Assembly: GCA_040400775.1 (NCBI GenBank)
Contig: JBBAPP010000001.1
Location: 1 to 51,962, forward strand
Length of the DNA stretch: 51,962 nucleotides
Direction of reading: 5' to 3'
From: Polaromonas sp.
GTDB lineage: Bacteria > Pseudomonadota > Gammaproteobacteria > Burkholderiales > Burkholderiaceae_C
Below the pieces are notes generated by a model. It saw nothing but the letters and a program-made list of their open reading frames with translations. It ran no database searches and was not told the origin of the DNA. Shown here one piece after another: positions 10,388 through 20,922 of this stretch; the stretch's first letter is position 1, and the number at the start of each line of letters is the position of its first letter. The position numbers and the translations under genes are program-made.

Positions 10388-10626
10388 ATCCTAGAAAAAG
10401 CAGTTGGATGCTGCCGAGTGTGCCGCGCTCGGCGCGTTCAGCAAGGCGGGACAACGACGCGGGCTTTTGCCCGCTAGGCGGAACAACGCGGCTGGGCGGG
10501 TCGGGCGGGGCGCAATCGGCTGCATAGCGTTGTCAGCCAAGAGGAGATCGCCAGCTACGCTCAAAAGCTGAACGTTCATGCGGCCTACGAAAGGGCTGCG
10601 AGCGGTCAACTACTTTTTTTTAGGAT
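10388..10626. mobile_element. MITE-like element, family C copy 1
   Basis: Terminal inverted repeats atcctagaaaaagcagttg / caactacttttttttaggat; closely similar to 12875-13095; no transposase. Confidence 0.8.
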
Positions 10627-10632
10627 CATCTT

Positions 10633-10974
10633 TTGGAAGGAACTAAAACGCTTTTTAAGCACCAGCGAAGCGTTGCTGCGGGCCCCGACAAAACAACTTT
10701 GTTCCGGATTTTTCTGCAGCCAGCTGACCATATTTACGCGATGTACCGACCCTTTTGGCCACATCTTGGCGCATCGCCATGCCAACAATATCAGTAGCAC
10801 CACGCCCGCTGCGAGTCAAAATAATGGCCAGAAAATGGATTTTTTGGCTTGTTTAACAACCGATACAGCACGCTGGCATCTTGATGTGACAACCGCTTTG
10901 GCCTGGCGGACGGTGCGTATTGAGATCCAAAAAAATCAGCGAAACATTTTTAAATAAGAAACCATCGTTAACAT
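10633..10974 (-). pseudogene. decayed Crp/Fnr family transcriptional regulator
   Basis: Frame-broken translation gives MVSYLKMFR*...VVKQAKKS and RQDVAKRVGTSR/MVS..., resembling the Crp N-terminus and HTH (RQDxAKMVGxSREMVSR); internal stops, frameshifts and a large deletion. Confidence 0.7.
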
Positions 10975-11097
10975 GGCTGCTTGCCTCTGACCCTATCACG
11001 ACAGGACAAAATTGAAGTCCCTACAATGAATAACTTGCGCTATTTTCGAGGCTGAAACAGCCAAATTTTCAACCATCACAGACAAGACCGCCACTGA

Positions 11098-12072
<975 letters not shown>

Positions 12073-12173
12073 ATCGCGTACTTAAAGCTAATTTTCAGGC
12101 TATACTATGAGGCTTCGCTGGAGAAACCAATCTGTTTTTCTGCATCCGATTTTATTTTTTACGGAGAGTGCGC

Positions 12174-12410
12174 ATGGCACGCGTCTGTCAGGTAACGGGC
12201 AAAGGCCCGATGGTAGGAAACAATGTTTCCCATGCCAACAACAAAACCAAACGCCGGTTTATGCCTAATCTGCAATACCGCCGCTTTTGGGTCGAGACCG
12301 AAAACCGTTGGGTGCGCTTGCGTATCACCAGCGCTGGTCTGCGGTTGATTGACAAAAAAGGCATCGATGCGATCCTGGTGGATCTTCGTGCCCGTGGTGA
12401 AGTAAATTAA
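12174..12410 (+). CDS. rpmB: 50S ribosomal protein L28
   Basis: [29 protein letters not shown]; GGAG upstream of ATG 12174. Confidence 0.98.
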   Translation: MARVCQVTGKGPMVGNNVSHANNKTKRRFMPNLQYRRFWVETENRWVRLRITSAGLRLIDKKGIDAILVDLRARGEVN

Positions 12411-12476
12411 TTTTTTTGTGGGACTGACCGCTAGCACGAAGCTTCAAGCTCTGTCCCCAACTGACTAGGAAAAATC

Positions 12477-12644
12477 ATGGCTAAAGGCGCACGCGAAAAA
12501 ATCAAGCTGGAATCAACTGCCGGCACAGGTCACTTTTACACGACCACCAAAAACAAAAAAACCACACCTGACAAAATGCTGATCATGAAATTTGATCCAA
12601 AAGCACGCAAGCATGTGGAATACAAAGAAATCAAGCTGAAGTAA
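12477..12644 (+). CDS. rpmG: 50S ribosomal protein L33 (55 aa, below ORF-track cutoff)
   Basis: Manual translation [55 protein letters not shown]. Confidence 0.97.
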   Translation: MAKGAREKIKLESTAGTGHFYTTTKNKKTTPDKMLIMKFDPKARKHVEYKEIKLK

Positions 12645-12658
12645 ATCAGCCGACATCG

Positions 12659-12693
12659 AAAAACCGCTGGCAGTCATGCGCAGCGGTTTTTTT
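12659..12693 (+). terminator. intrinsic terminator of rpmBG
   Basis: aaaaaccgctg...cagcggttttttt. Confidence 0.85.
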
Positions 12694-12700
12694 ACGCCTG

Positions 12701-12807
12701 TAATTCCATTTCCAAATCATCCGTGCACTTTGTCGGCTTCGCTAGCCGTACGCTTGTACTGTCGTCGCTTCGCCTTCGCGTTCACGAATGATGTGGAAAT
12801 GGAATAA
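12701..12807 (-). mobile_element. MITE-like palindrome, family E copy 1
   Basis: Inverted ends attccatttccaaatcatccgtg / cacgaatgatgtggaaatggaat; its reverse complement matches 19494-19594. Confidence 0.78.
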
Positions 12808-12874
12808 TTTGGTCAGACAAGAAACGTCTGGAAAATAAAAAAACCGCGCCGGAAAACACCGGAGCAGCTTTTTA

Positions 12875-13095
12875 AACCTAGAAAAAGCAGTTGGATGCTC
12901 CCGAGTGTGCCCCGCTCGGCGCATTCAGCAAGGCGGCACAAAGACGCGGGCTTTTGCCAGCTAGGCGGAGCAACGCGGCTGGGCGCAATCGGGTGCATAG
13001 CGTTGTCACCCAAGGGGTGGTCGCCAGCTACGCTCAAAAGCTGAACGTTTATGCGGTCTGCGAAAGGGCTGCGAGTCGACTTCTTTTTCTAGGTT
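12875..13095. mobile_element. MITE-like element, family C copy 2
   Basis: aacctagaaaaagcagttg ... cgacttctttttctaggtt; collinear with 10388-10626. Confidence 0.82.
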
Positions 13096-13110
13096 AAACG
13101 CAAGCGAACA

Positions 13111-14310
13111 TCAGGCTCTGGCAGCACGCAACTTCATCGAGAACTCATTGAGTGCAGCAATACCGCTTTGCTCGGCGCGGTGGCACCAGCCCTGCAAGTC
13201 AGCCGTCAGCTGCTCGCGTGATGCGGAGGTCGTCAGCCACATCTGGCGCAGCTCCTCACGCATGATGACCATCTTGTCCAGCACTGGGTGTTCGGCTCTG
13301 ACTTGAGCCAACTGCGGCTTGACAAATGCGGGTACCTTGTCATCGTCGCGGTGCAGCCAGCGGTTGGCTGCGCGCAAGACTGACGCATCAGCATTTTTAG
13401 ATTTCAGCGCAGCAACTTCTGCTTTACCTGCGTCACGCAAAGCGCGTGCAAAGCCAGCCATCACTTCATAGCGGTGGGCAATCAAGGCCTCCAGCGTTTT
13501 TTCATCGGCTACGGGCTGGATATTTCCCAATTGCAGTTTAGGCGGTACTTTTTTAACTCTGGCCAAACCCAGCATTTCCAGCCCGCGAATATAGCCCCAG
13601 CCAATGTCAAACTCGTACGGCTTGACTGAGAACTTGGCTGAGGTTGGGTAGGTGTGGTGGTTGTTGTGCAGCTCTTCACCGCCAATCATGATGCCCCACG
13701 GCGAAATGTTGGTACTCGCGTCCGGCGCCTCAAAATTGCGGTAACCCCAGTAGTGGCCGATGCCATTGATGATGCCGGCGGCCGTCACGGGAATCCACAT
13801 CATTTGCACAGCCCAAACGGCCAAGCCAGCTGCGCCAAACAAAGCCAGGTTGATGACCATCATCAAACCCACGCCCTGCCAGCTGAAGCGTGTATAAAGG
13901 TTGCGCTCAACCCAATCGTTGGGTGTGGCATGCCCGTATTTGGACATGGTTTCTTTGTTCTTGCTCTCAGCGCGGTAAAGCTCAGCACCTTGCCAAAACA
14001 CTTTTTTGATGCCGTGTGCTTGCGGGCTGTGCGGATCATCAACGGTTTCGCACTTGGCGTGGTGTTTGCGGTGAATGGACACCCACTCTTTGGTGACCTG
14101 ACCCGTACCCAGCCACAGCCAAAGGCGAAAAAAGTGCGCCGGCAACGCGTGCAAATCCATGGCGCGGTGCGCCTGGTGTCGATGCAAGTAAATAGTGACG
14201 CTGGCAATGGTGATGTGGGTTGTCACCAAAGCGTACAAAACAATTTGCCACCAACTTGCGGCCAGCAAACCATGGGCTAGCCAATCAATGCCAGCATCAA
14301 AAAAAATCAT
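13111..14310 (-). CDS. DesA-type fatty acid (acyl-CoA) desaturase
   Basis: His boxes HRHQAH, HRKHH and HNNHH; TM segments. Confidence 0.9.
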   Translation of the reverse strand: MIFFDAGIDWLAHGLLAASWWQIVLYALVTTHITIASVTIYLHRHQAHRAMDLHALPAHFFRLWLWLGTGQVTKEWVSIHRKHHAKCETVDDPHSPQAHGIKKVFWQGAELYRAESKNKETMSKYGHATPNDWVERNLYTRFSWQGVGLMMVINLALFGAAGLAVWAVQMMWIPVTAAGIINGIGHYWGYRNFEAPDASTNISPWGIMIGGEELHNNHHTYPTSAKFSVKPYEFDIGWGYIRGLEMLGLARVKKVPPKLQLGNIQPVADEKTLEALIAHRYEVMAGFARALRDAGKAEVAALKSKNADASVLRAANRWLHRDDDKVPAFVKPQLAQVRAEHPVLDKMVIMREELRQMWLTTSASREQLTADLQGWCHRAEQSGIAALNEFSMKLRAARA

Positions 14311-14506
14311 ACGAGTCCTTTAGACAATCGGTCAGACAACGCTTGGCAAAACGGCCTGAGCGATGCGAAGAAGTACAAACAGCATTCTATGCTGATTGAT
14401 GCAAATCACCAAACGGATGGTGGCAAGCCATTACTACAAACGTAAGCTAAAAATACATCTATCGAACGCTAAATATCACCAACTTCTATTTAATGACCGT
14501 TAAGTA

Positions 14507-15760
14507 TCAGGACTTTTGCCAAACAGCGGCAAAAAAGCCATCCGTTTGATGCAGGTAAGGCCACAGCCGCAAGTACGCGCCACGGCACAGTTTTGCTGCG
14601 TTTTCTACCCCTGCATGGGTCAATAAGGGGGCTACGTCGAGGACGTTAAAATCTTTGTTAACAGTTGTAAACGCTTCCGCTATTGCTTCGTTTTCTTCAC
14701 GCAAAACGCTGCAGGTCGCGTAGACAAGTCGCCCGCCGGGTTTTAAAAGCCTTGCAGCGCTCTGCAAAATGGCGGTTTGCTTGGCCACCAACTCTTCAAT
14801 CGCCTTGGGCGTTTGGCGCCATTTCAAATCGGGGTTACGGCGTAAGGTGCCCAAACCTGAGCAAGGCGAGTCGACCAGCACACGGTCAATCTTGCCTGCC
14901 AGGCGCTTGATGCGGTCGTCCCGCTCATGCGCAATGGCGACTGGGTGCACATTGGACAAGCCGCTGCGTGCCAAGCGTGGTTTGAGCGCTGCCAGACGAT
15001 GGCCCGACGTGTCAAATGCATACAAACGTCCGGTACTGCGCATGGTTGCACCTAATGCCAGGGTTTTGCCACCTGCACCAGCACAAAAATCCACCACCAT
15101 TTCGCCACGTTTGGCCTCGACCAGCAGCGCCAGCAACTGTGAACCTTCGTCTTGCACTTCAATCGCCCCACGGGTAAACGCATCAAGTTTGCCGAGTTGG
15201 GACTTGTCGGCTAGCCGCAAACCCCAGGGCGAATAGGGTGTGGCCTCAGTCTTTAAGCCTGCCTTGCTGAGTTCTTTTTGAATGTCAGCCCGCTTGTCTT
15301 TGAGAGTGTTGACGCGCAAGTCCAGCCCCGCAGGTGCATTCAGTGACTCGACCAGCGGCCAAAAATCATCACCCAGCTGGGTTTTAAGCGGCTCCACCAG
15401 CCAATTCGGCAAATTGTGGCGATGCAGTTCCATTAAATCTTCGGGCTTGACTTGGTCGCAGCGCTGGAGCCAATCAATTTCCTGATCAGTCAACGCCGCC
15501 ATTAAAAAATCTCTGCCAGCCGTAAAACCAAGAATCGCCAATCGGCGCTCGGGCGCTCCATGGCCGTGCTGGGCCAAGTAGGTAAACAAGTTTTTCTTGC
15601 GTAGCACGGTATAAACGGTTTCAGCCAATGTGGCACGCTCACGCGGCCCCAAGCGAAACTCGCGAAAATACTTGGACAGCATCATGTCTGCTGGCTGGTC
15701 AAATTTGAGTACGTGCTTGAGCAAGTCAGAGCAACTGTCGAGAAGGGCTTTAGGATGCAT
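14507..15760 (-). CDS. RsmB/NOP family SAM-dependent RNA methyltransferase
   Basis: VQDEGSQL, DFCAGAGGKT, DSPCSGLG, YATCS. Confidence 0.92.
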   Translation of the reverse strand: MHPKALLDSCSDLLKHVLKFDQPADMMLSKYFREFRLGPRERATLAETVYTVLRKKNLFTYLAQHGHGAPERRLAILGFTAGRDFLMAALTDQEIDWLQRCDQVKPEDLMELHRHNLPNWLVEPLKTQLGDDFWPLVESLNAPAGLDLRVNTLKDKRADIQKELSKAGLKTEATPYSPWGLRLADKSQLGKLDAFTRGAIEVQDEGSQLLALLVEAKRGEMVVDFCAGAGGKTLALGATMRSTGRLYAFDTSGHRLAALKPRLARSGLSNVHPVAIAHERDDRIKRLAGKIDRVLVDSPCSGLGTLRRNPDLKWRQTPKAIEELVAKQTAILQSAARLLKPGGRLVYATCSVLREENEAIAEAFTTVNKDFNVLDVAPLLTHAGVENAAKLCRGAYLRLWPYLHQTDGFFAAVWQKS

Positions 15761-15794
15761 AGTATGTATTGTCCCACCGACCCTGCAGCGGCCC

Positions 15795-15966
15795 GGGCAC
15801 TTTTAGAAATTTAGAGTTTCAGGATCAAGTGCAAGGTGCATGTCGTATCGCTTTTTGAGCGCATACAAGGCTCGCACAGCACACCGGAATGCACTGGTGT
15901 GCATCAGGATTGCTCGCACCGTGCAACACAGCAATTCGCCCAAAAAATGAACCCACAGAGGTACTT
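15795..15966 (+). mobile_element. MITE-like element, family D copy 1 (with internal hairpin insertion at about 15841-15868)
   Basis: gggcacttttagaaatt...gcaagg...caccggaatg...gcaattcgccc; matches copies at 26262 and 28213. Confidence 0.78.
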
Positions 15967-15969
15967 ACT

Positions 15970-16209
15970 ATGTCTGAAAAACTCCCACCATTAATTGTCA
16001 CCCCACCCGGCCTGTACAAACACTACAAAGGCATGCTTTACGAGGTCATCGGCACCGTCCGCCACAGCGAGGATTTATCGCCGATGACGCTGTACCGAGC
16101 CCTGTATGGCGAGCATGGCTTATGGGTGCGACCTGCGGCGATGTTCAATGAAGAGGTGGTGATTGACGGGGTGCGGCAAGCCAGGTTCACGAAGCAAGCG
16201 AAAAAATAA
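15970..16209 (+). CDS. DUF1653 domain protein
   Basis: GLYKHYKG..YEV...HSE...YRALYG..LWVRP..MF; GAGGT upstream of ATG 15970. Confidence 0.85.
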   Translation: MSEKLPPLIVTPPGLYKHYKGMLYEVIGTVRHSEDLSPMTLYRALYGEHGLWVRPAAMFNEEVVIDGVRQARFTKQAKK

Positions 16210-16234
16210 ACGCCGTCACCGATAATCTCGGGTT

Positions 16235-17851
16235 ATGCCCGAAATTACTGAAATAGAAAAACAAGTCAAGCGCCGCCGCACGTTTGCCATCATCTCTCAC
16301 CCCGACGCGGGTAAAACCACGCTGACTGAAAAGCTGCTGCTGTTCTCGGGAGCGATTCAAATTGCGGGCAGCGTCAAAGCGCGTAAAGCTGCACGCCACG
16401 CCACCAGCGACTGGATGGAAATTGAAAAGCAACGCGGAATTTCTGTTGCCTCATCCGTGATGCAGATGGAATACCGCGATTGCGTGATTAATCTGCTTGA
16501 CACACCTGGCCACCAAGACTTTTCAGAAGACACTTACCGCGTTTTAACGGCGGTGGATGCCGCATTGATGGTGATTGACGCTGCCAACGGCGTGGAACCC
16601 CAAACCCGGCGGCTGCTGCAAGTTTGCCGGGCGCGCGGCACACCGATCTTGACCTTTGTCAACAAGATGGACCGCGAGGTGCAAGACCCGATGACGGTGA
16701 TGGACGAGATTGAACGCGAGCTGGGCATGGCCGTGGTGCCGTTCACCTGGCCTGTGGGTATGGGCAAACTGTTCCATGGCGTATATGACCGGCGTGAAGA
16801 CCGGATGCGCGTGTTCAGCCCCGGCGAAGACAAAGCTGGCGGCGACGATGAGATTTTGGCCGGGCTGAACAATGCCGAGGCCGCCAAACGCTTTGGCGCG
16901 GAGCACCAACAGGCCAAAGGCGAGATTGAACTGGTCGCAGGTGCTACACCAGAATTTGACCGCGAGCTGTTTTTAGCCGGTAAACAAACGCCCATGTTCT
17001 TTGGCTCAGCCATTAACAACTTTGGTGTTCAAGAAGTGCTCGACGCGCTGGTGGACTTGGCCCCTGCGCCGGCGGACCGGGCAGCCATGCAACGCATCGT
17101 TCACCCTGAAGAGAAAAAATTCTCTGGCGTGGTCTTCAAAATCCAGGCGAACATGGACCCGGCGCACCGTGACCGTATTGCGTTTTTGCGCGTCGCCAGC
17201 GGCGAATTCACGCGCGGCATGAAACTAAAGGTCGTGCGCAGCGGCAAAGAGCTGCGACCCAACACCGTGGTCAGCTTCATGAGCCAGCGGCGCGAGCTGC
17301 TGGACACTGCTTTTGCAGGCGACATCATTGGTATCCCTAACCACGGCGTGCTGCAGCTCGGCGACACGTTGACCGAAGGCGAAGCCCTGCAATTTACCGG
17401 GCTGCCGTTTTTTGCACCGGAGATGTTTCGCGCCGTTGAAGTGGCTGACCCGTTACGAACCAAGCAATTGCGCGCAGGGCTGACGCAGCTAGGCGAAGAA
17501 GGCGCGATTCAGGTATTTCGACCCATGGCGGGCTCATTGCTACTGCTGGGCGCAGTTGGCCAATTGCAGTTTGAAGTGGTTGCGCACCGGCTGGAGCATG
17601 AATACGGCGTCAAAGCCCGCGTTATGCCGAGTCACTTCAATCTGGCGCGCTGGGTAACGTGCGACGATAGCCACGAGTTGAAAAAATTCATCGATGCCAA
17701 CGCGCACCGGGTCGCACTCGACGCGGTCGATGCGCCCACACTGCTGGTTGACCACAGTGCAACCCTGCGAGCAGTTGAACAGCAGTGGCCAAAAATCAAG
17801 TTTCACGCGCTGCGCGAGCATGCTGGCTTGGTGTTTCAGGCCAAGATGTGA
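16235..17851 (+). CDS. prfC: peptide chain release factor 3
   Basis: RRTFAIISHPDAGKTTLTEK, DTPGHQDFSEDT, FKIQANMDPAHRDR. Confidence 0.98.
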   Translation: MPEITEIEKQVKRRRTFAIISHPDAGKTTLTEKLLLFSGAIQIAGSVKARKAARHATSDWMEIEKQRGISVASSVMQMEYRDCVINLLDTPGHQDFSEDTYRVLTAVDAALMVIDAANGVEPQTRRLLQVCRARGTPILTFVNKMDREVQDPMTVMDEIERELGMAVVPFTWPVGMGKLFHGVYDRREDRMRVFSPGEDKAGGDDEILAGLNNAEAAKRFGAEHQQAKGEIELVAGATPEFDRELFLAGKQTPMFFGSAINNFGVQEVLDALVDLAPAPADRAAMQRIVHPEEKKFSGVVFKIQANMDPAHRDRIAFLRVASGEFTRGMKLKVVRSGKELRPNTVVSFMSQRRELLDTAFAGDIIGIPNHGVLQLGDTLTEGEALQFTGLPFFAPEMFRAVEVADPLRTKQLRAGLTQLGEEGAIQVFRPMAGSLLLLGAVGQLQFEVVAHRLEHEYGVKARVMPSHFNLARWVTCDDSHELKKFIDANAHRVALDAVDAPTLLVDHSATLRAVEQQWPKIKFHALREHAGLVFQAKM

Positions 17852-18124
17852 TGTATAGCTATTTTTAGCCCGCTCCGGACGCATCTCAGGTCCCGCTAAG
17901 TGCTGCCTTAGATAGCATAATCCCTGGCAACAGGGTGAAAATTAGATTCGGACTTTTGTTGTTGCTGTTGGCGTTAGTCTGGGTGATAAGCTGGGCTGGG
18001 CGGCGGCGAGACCCGTGGACTTTGCCGGGACGCATATAGCCAACCTGTCAGGCTGCGCAACTTGAACATTGCCAGGGTGGTTGACCAGACCATCGATGAA
18101 TTACTTTTTTTAACTGGAGACACC

Positions 18125-19084
18125 ATGCAATTTAAATCACTACTGTGGGCTACATTGGTCACGCTGTCTGGCGCGGCTTTCGGCCAGGCTTATCCCAACA
18201 AGCCGATCAAAGCCATCGTGCCGTTTGCCGCCGGCAGCGCCACTGACCAGATTGGCCGTGCCTTCGCCGCCAAGATGAGCGAGACATTGGGTCAAACCAT
18301 CGTGGTGGAAAACAAGCCGGGCGTGAACGGCATGCTAGGAGCAGATGCCGTGGCCAAGTCGCCCGCCGACGGCTATACGATTTTGATCGGCACCAACAGC
18401 ACCAACGCAGCGCTCAAAAGCCTGATGAAAAAGCTGCCTTACGACCAGGACACCGCCTTTGCGCCGCTGGGCTACATGGGCTCGGTGCCGCTGATCATTG
18501 CCGTCAACAACGATGTACCCGTCAAAACTCTGAAAGAGCTGGTGACCCTAGGCAAAAGCAAGTCCGGCCTGATCACCGCCGCCAGCGCCAGCACCTCGCA
18601 ATTGGTGTCGTCCGAGATGCTGGCCAGCATGGCGGGCATGCAGTTCACCAGCGTGCCCTACAAAAGCGGCCCGGCTGCGATGACCGACTTGATTGGCGGG
18701 CAGGTCATGCTGTTTTCAGCAGACTTTGCCGTGATGTTGCCGCAGGTCAAGGGTGGCAAAATTCGCGGGCTGGCGGTTACATCGACCAAGCGCTCCCCGG
18801 CGATTCCTGAACTGCCCACCGTCAATGAAGCACTGGGTTTAAAGGACTACGAGCTGATTGCCTACTTTGCCATGTTCGCCCCCGCAGGCACGCCTCCAGA
18901 CGTCATCACCAAGCTCAATCAAGCGATCAATGCTGCCGCACAAAGCAAAGACATTCAAGAAAAGTTTGCTGTCAATGGCTTTGCCGTCGAGCCCGGCACG
19001 CCCGAAGCGCTGGCCCAACGCAGCAAACTGGAAACTGCCAAGTGGGCAAAAGCCATTGCTGATGCAAAAATTGAACAGCAGTGA
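18125..19084 (+). CDS. Bug/TctC family substrate-binding protein
   Basis: GGAG before ATG 18125; signal peptide; YPNKPIKAIVPFAAGSATD, ENKPG. Confidence 0.92.
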   Translation: MQFKSLLWATLVTLSGAAFGQAYPNKPIKAIVPFAAGSATDQIGRAFAAKMSETLGQTIVVENKPGVNGMLGADAVAKSPADGYTILIGTNSTNAALKSLMKKLPYDQDTAFAPLGYMGSVPLIIAVNNDVPVKTLKELVTLGKSKSGLITAASASTSQLVSSEMLASMAGMQFTSVPYKSGPAAMTDLIGGQVMLFSADFAVMLPQVKGGKIRGLAVTSTKRSPAIPELPTVNEALGLKDYELIAYFAMFAPAGTPPDVITKLNQAINAAAQSKDIQEKFAVNGFAVEPGTPEALAQRSKLETAKWAKAIADAKIEQQ

Positions 19085-19335
19085 TCCCAGAAACAGCAGT
19101 TAGAAGCGCCTGAACTGCTGAGCCGGCGCGCGCAGCAAGGCGTGACGGGGCTACGGGCTTTTGCCCGTAAGTAGGAGCACTGGGGCAGCGCGTGCCGGGC
19201 GTGGTGCAATCTGGTGCAAGGTGCAGTTACCCTATGGATGAGCGTCAGGTTTTGATAGTCGAGCAACAGTACAGGTATATCTTCGGATTGTTTAAGCAAG
19301 CTAACAACCAACCAACCGGCTGATCCAGAGGGATC
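19083..19335. mobile_element. diverged family C element, copy 3
   Basis: gatcccagaaacagcagttag, cagcaaggcg, cgggcttttgcccg and gcaatc shared with copies 1 and 2; ends gggatc. Confidence 0.55.
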
Positions 19336-19493
19336 TTCAAAGCGCCAAATATCTGATCCTGTATTAATCAGGCAATAACTTCGGGATTTACACCATGCAC
19401 TGTGCAGATCTGAGATGCCTATGCCCTAGCCGCTGGGCCAGCCAACGAATTTAAGAAACCATGTCAACAGCGCAAACTGGGCTTGGTTATGAA

Positions 19494-19594
19494 ATTCCGT
19501 TTCCAAATTATTTGTGTCTAGGCGCGAAGCCGCAGGCAGTGCACCAGCACGACGAGGCGAAGCAACAACGACACGGATGATTTAGAAACGGAAT
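19494..19594 (+). mobile_element. MITE-like palindrome, family E copy 2
   Basis: attccgtttccaaattatttgtg ... cacggatgatttagaaacggaat. Confidence 0.78.
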
Positions 19595-19735
19595 AAGCTG
19601 CAAACCAGGCCAGGCTGAGTTGCTAAGGCTGCTAAAAATTACAACGAATACGGCACACCGGCGTCCGCTGGCGCAGGCCCAGCTGTTAATGTCGCCGTCG
19701 ATAAAGCAACAACCTGCCGCCATATTAAGGACATG

Positions 19736-20080
19736 TCATATCAGAAAATCATTTTTACTCTTGCCATCTGATAAATATTTGACCAGCCAGTTTGGCGTCC
19801 TGCCTCTTCCTGACCAGGTCTTCCCAGTTACAGGGTTACTGTATTTTGGTGCAACTATAGTGCCTTTGCTAGTTCTTGCTAGTTTTTTAGACGCTACCAC
19901 CTTCTTTTCGGAAAACCCTAAGTCAGCGGCTGATAACTGGAAAAGTTTAATGCGTTCTTTTATTAAAGTAATGGCTTGCAGCCGCTCAGTTTGTTTTTGT
20001 TGATGTAGCTCATTACGGAGTGCACTGACTTTGGCTTCGGCTTGAACAATTTCATGTTCGAGTTCTTGAAAGGTAGGCAT
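19736..20080 (-). CDS. H-NS family nucleoid-associated protein
   Basis: Coiled-coil N-terminus; PKYSNPVTGKTWSGRGRTPNWL DNA-binding motif; AAGGA before ATG 20080; AT-rich. Confidence 0.9.
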   Translation of the reverse strand: MPTFQELEHEIVQAEAKVSALRNELHQQKQTERLQAITLIKERIKLFQLSAADLGFSEKKVVASKKLARTSKGTIVAPKYSNPVTGKTWSGRGRTPNWLVKYLSDGKSKNDFLI

Positions 20081-20284
20081 GGATAAATATTCCTTTAAAA
20101 GATAAATAATGTACACATTATTAAATAAACAGTCGATTGACTGATGTTACAAATTATCGACTGTTATTTTATTTCTGTGCTGGCATAAAAATCATTTTTC
20201 GTAAACATTAAGTCGGACCATTCCGCTGGTCATGAACTTGATCCTCTATGCCGATCACGCAATGGATCCTATATGGCGGTCGGT

Positions 20285-20338
20285 GACACTGACTACAACT
20301 TAATAAATTTAGGCACCAGCAGCTACCAAAAATAGATT
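20285..20338 (-). repeat. degenerate family P element, intergenic
   Basis: Minus strand atttttggtagctgctggtgcc...aagttgtag with the second motif at +37. Confidence 0.55.
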
Positions 20339-20349
20339 GTTTTTGAAAA

Positions 20350-20817
20350 CTACACCGATGGCAAAGGCAGCGCCGTCTTGTAGCGTACCTGCTTCAAAGC
20401 AAAGCTGGAGCGAATTTTTTCAATACCTGGTATGGGCGTGAGCTGGTTCAAGATAAATTTTTCTAAGGCACCAATGTCGGCCACCGCTACGCGAATCAAG
20501 TAGTCACTGTCGCCGGTCATCAAATAGCATTCCATCACCTCATCGTGTTCGGCAATGCTGCGCTCAAATTCGGCCAGCGCCGCTTTGTTTTGCGAGCGCA
20601 GGCTGATAGAGATGAAGACGCTCAACCCTAGCCCCAGCGCGGCGGCGCTGGCAATTGCCACGTAGCGGTCAATCACTTTGGCGGCTTCCAGCGCTTTGAC
20701 CCGCGCCAGACAGGGGGAGGGGCTCAAGTGCACGCGTTTGGCGAGTTCAACGTTGGACAGTGAGCCATCGCGCTGCAATTCGTCAAGAATCTTGAGATCT
20801 GTTTTATCCAGCTGCAT
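20350..20817 (-). CDS. Lrp/AsnC family transcriptional regulator (MdeR-like position)
   Basis: LDKTDLKILDELQRDG, LSPSPCLARV, ECYLMTGDSDY; divergent from mdeB. Confidence 0.93.
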   Translation of the reverse strand: MQLDKTDLKILDELQRDGSLSNVELAKRVHLSPSPCLARVKALEAAKVIDRYVAIASAAALGLGLSVFISISLRSQNKAALAEFERSIAEHDEVMECYLMTGDSDYLIRVAVADIGALEKFILNQLTPIPGIEKIRSSFALKQVRYKTALPLPSV

Positions 20818-20922
20818 AATTTTAAATTTATTCAAATAGCAGAATTTTATGCTTCTAAATATTGATTTAACCTTATTTTAAAGCAGCACCTTTTGTGCAA
20901 AATTGCTTAAGCTTATCAAACT

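Noticed and set aside
15889-15969. N-terminal extensions in the ORF track (DUF1653, also livF, Bug 18062, DUF3422, tctB)
   Set aside because: They run through repeats, terminators or spacers; downstream starts fit the families or RBS positions better.
20205-20300. Possible gene fragment upstream of H-NS (RTIPLVMNLILYADH)
   Set aside because: Short, with no recognisable motif or start context.
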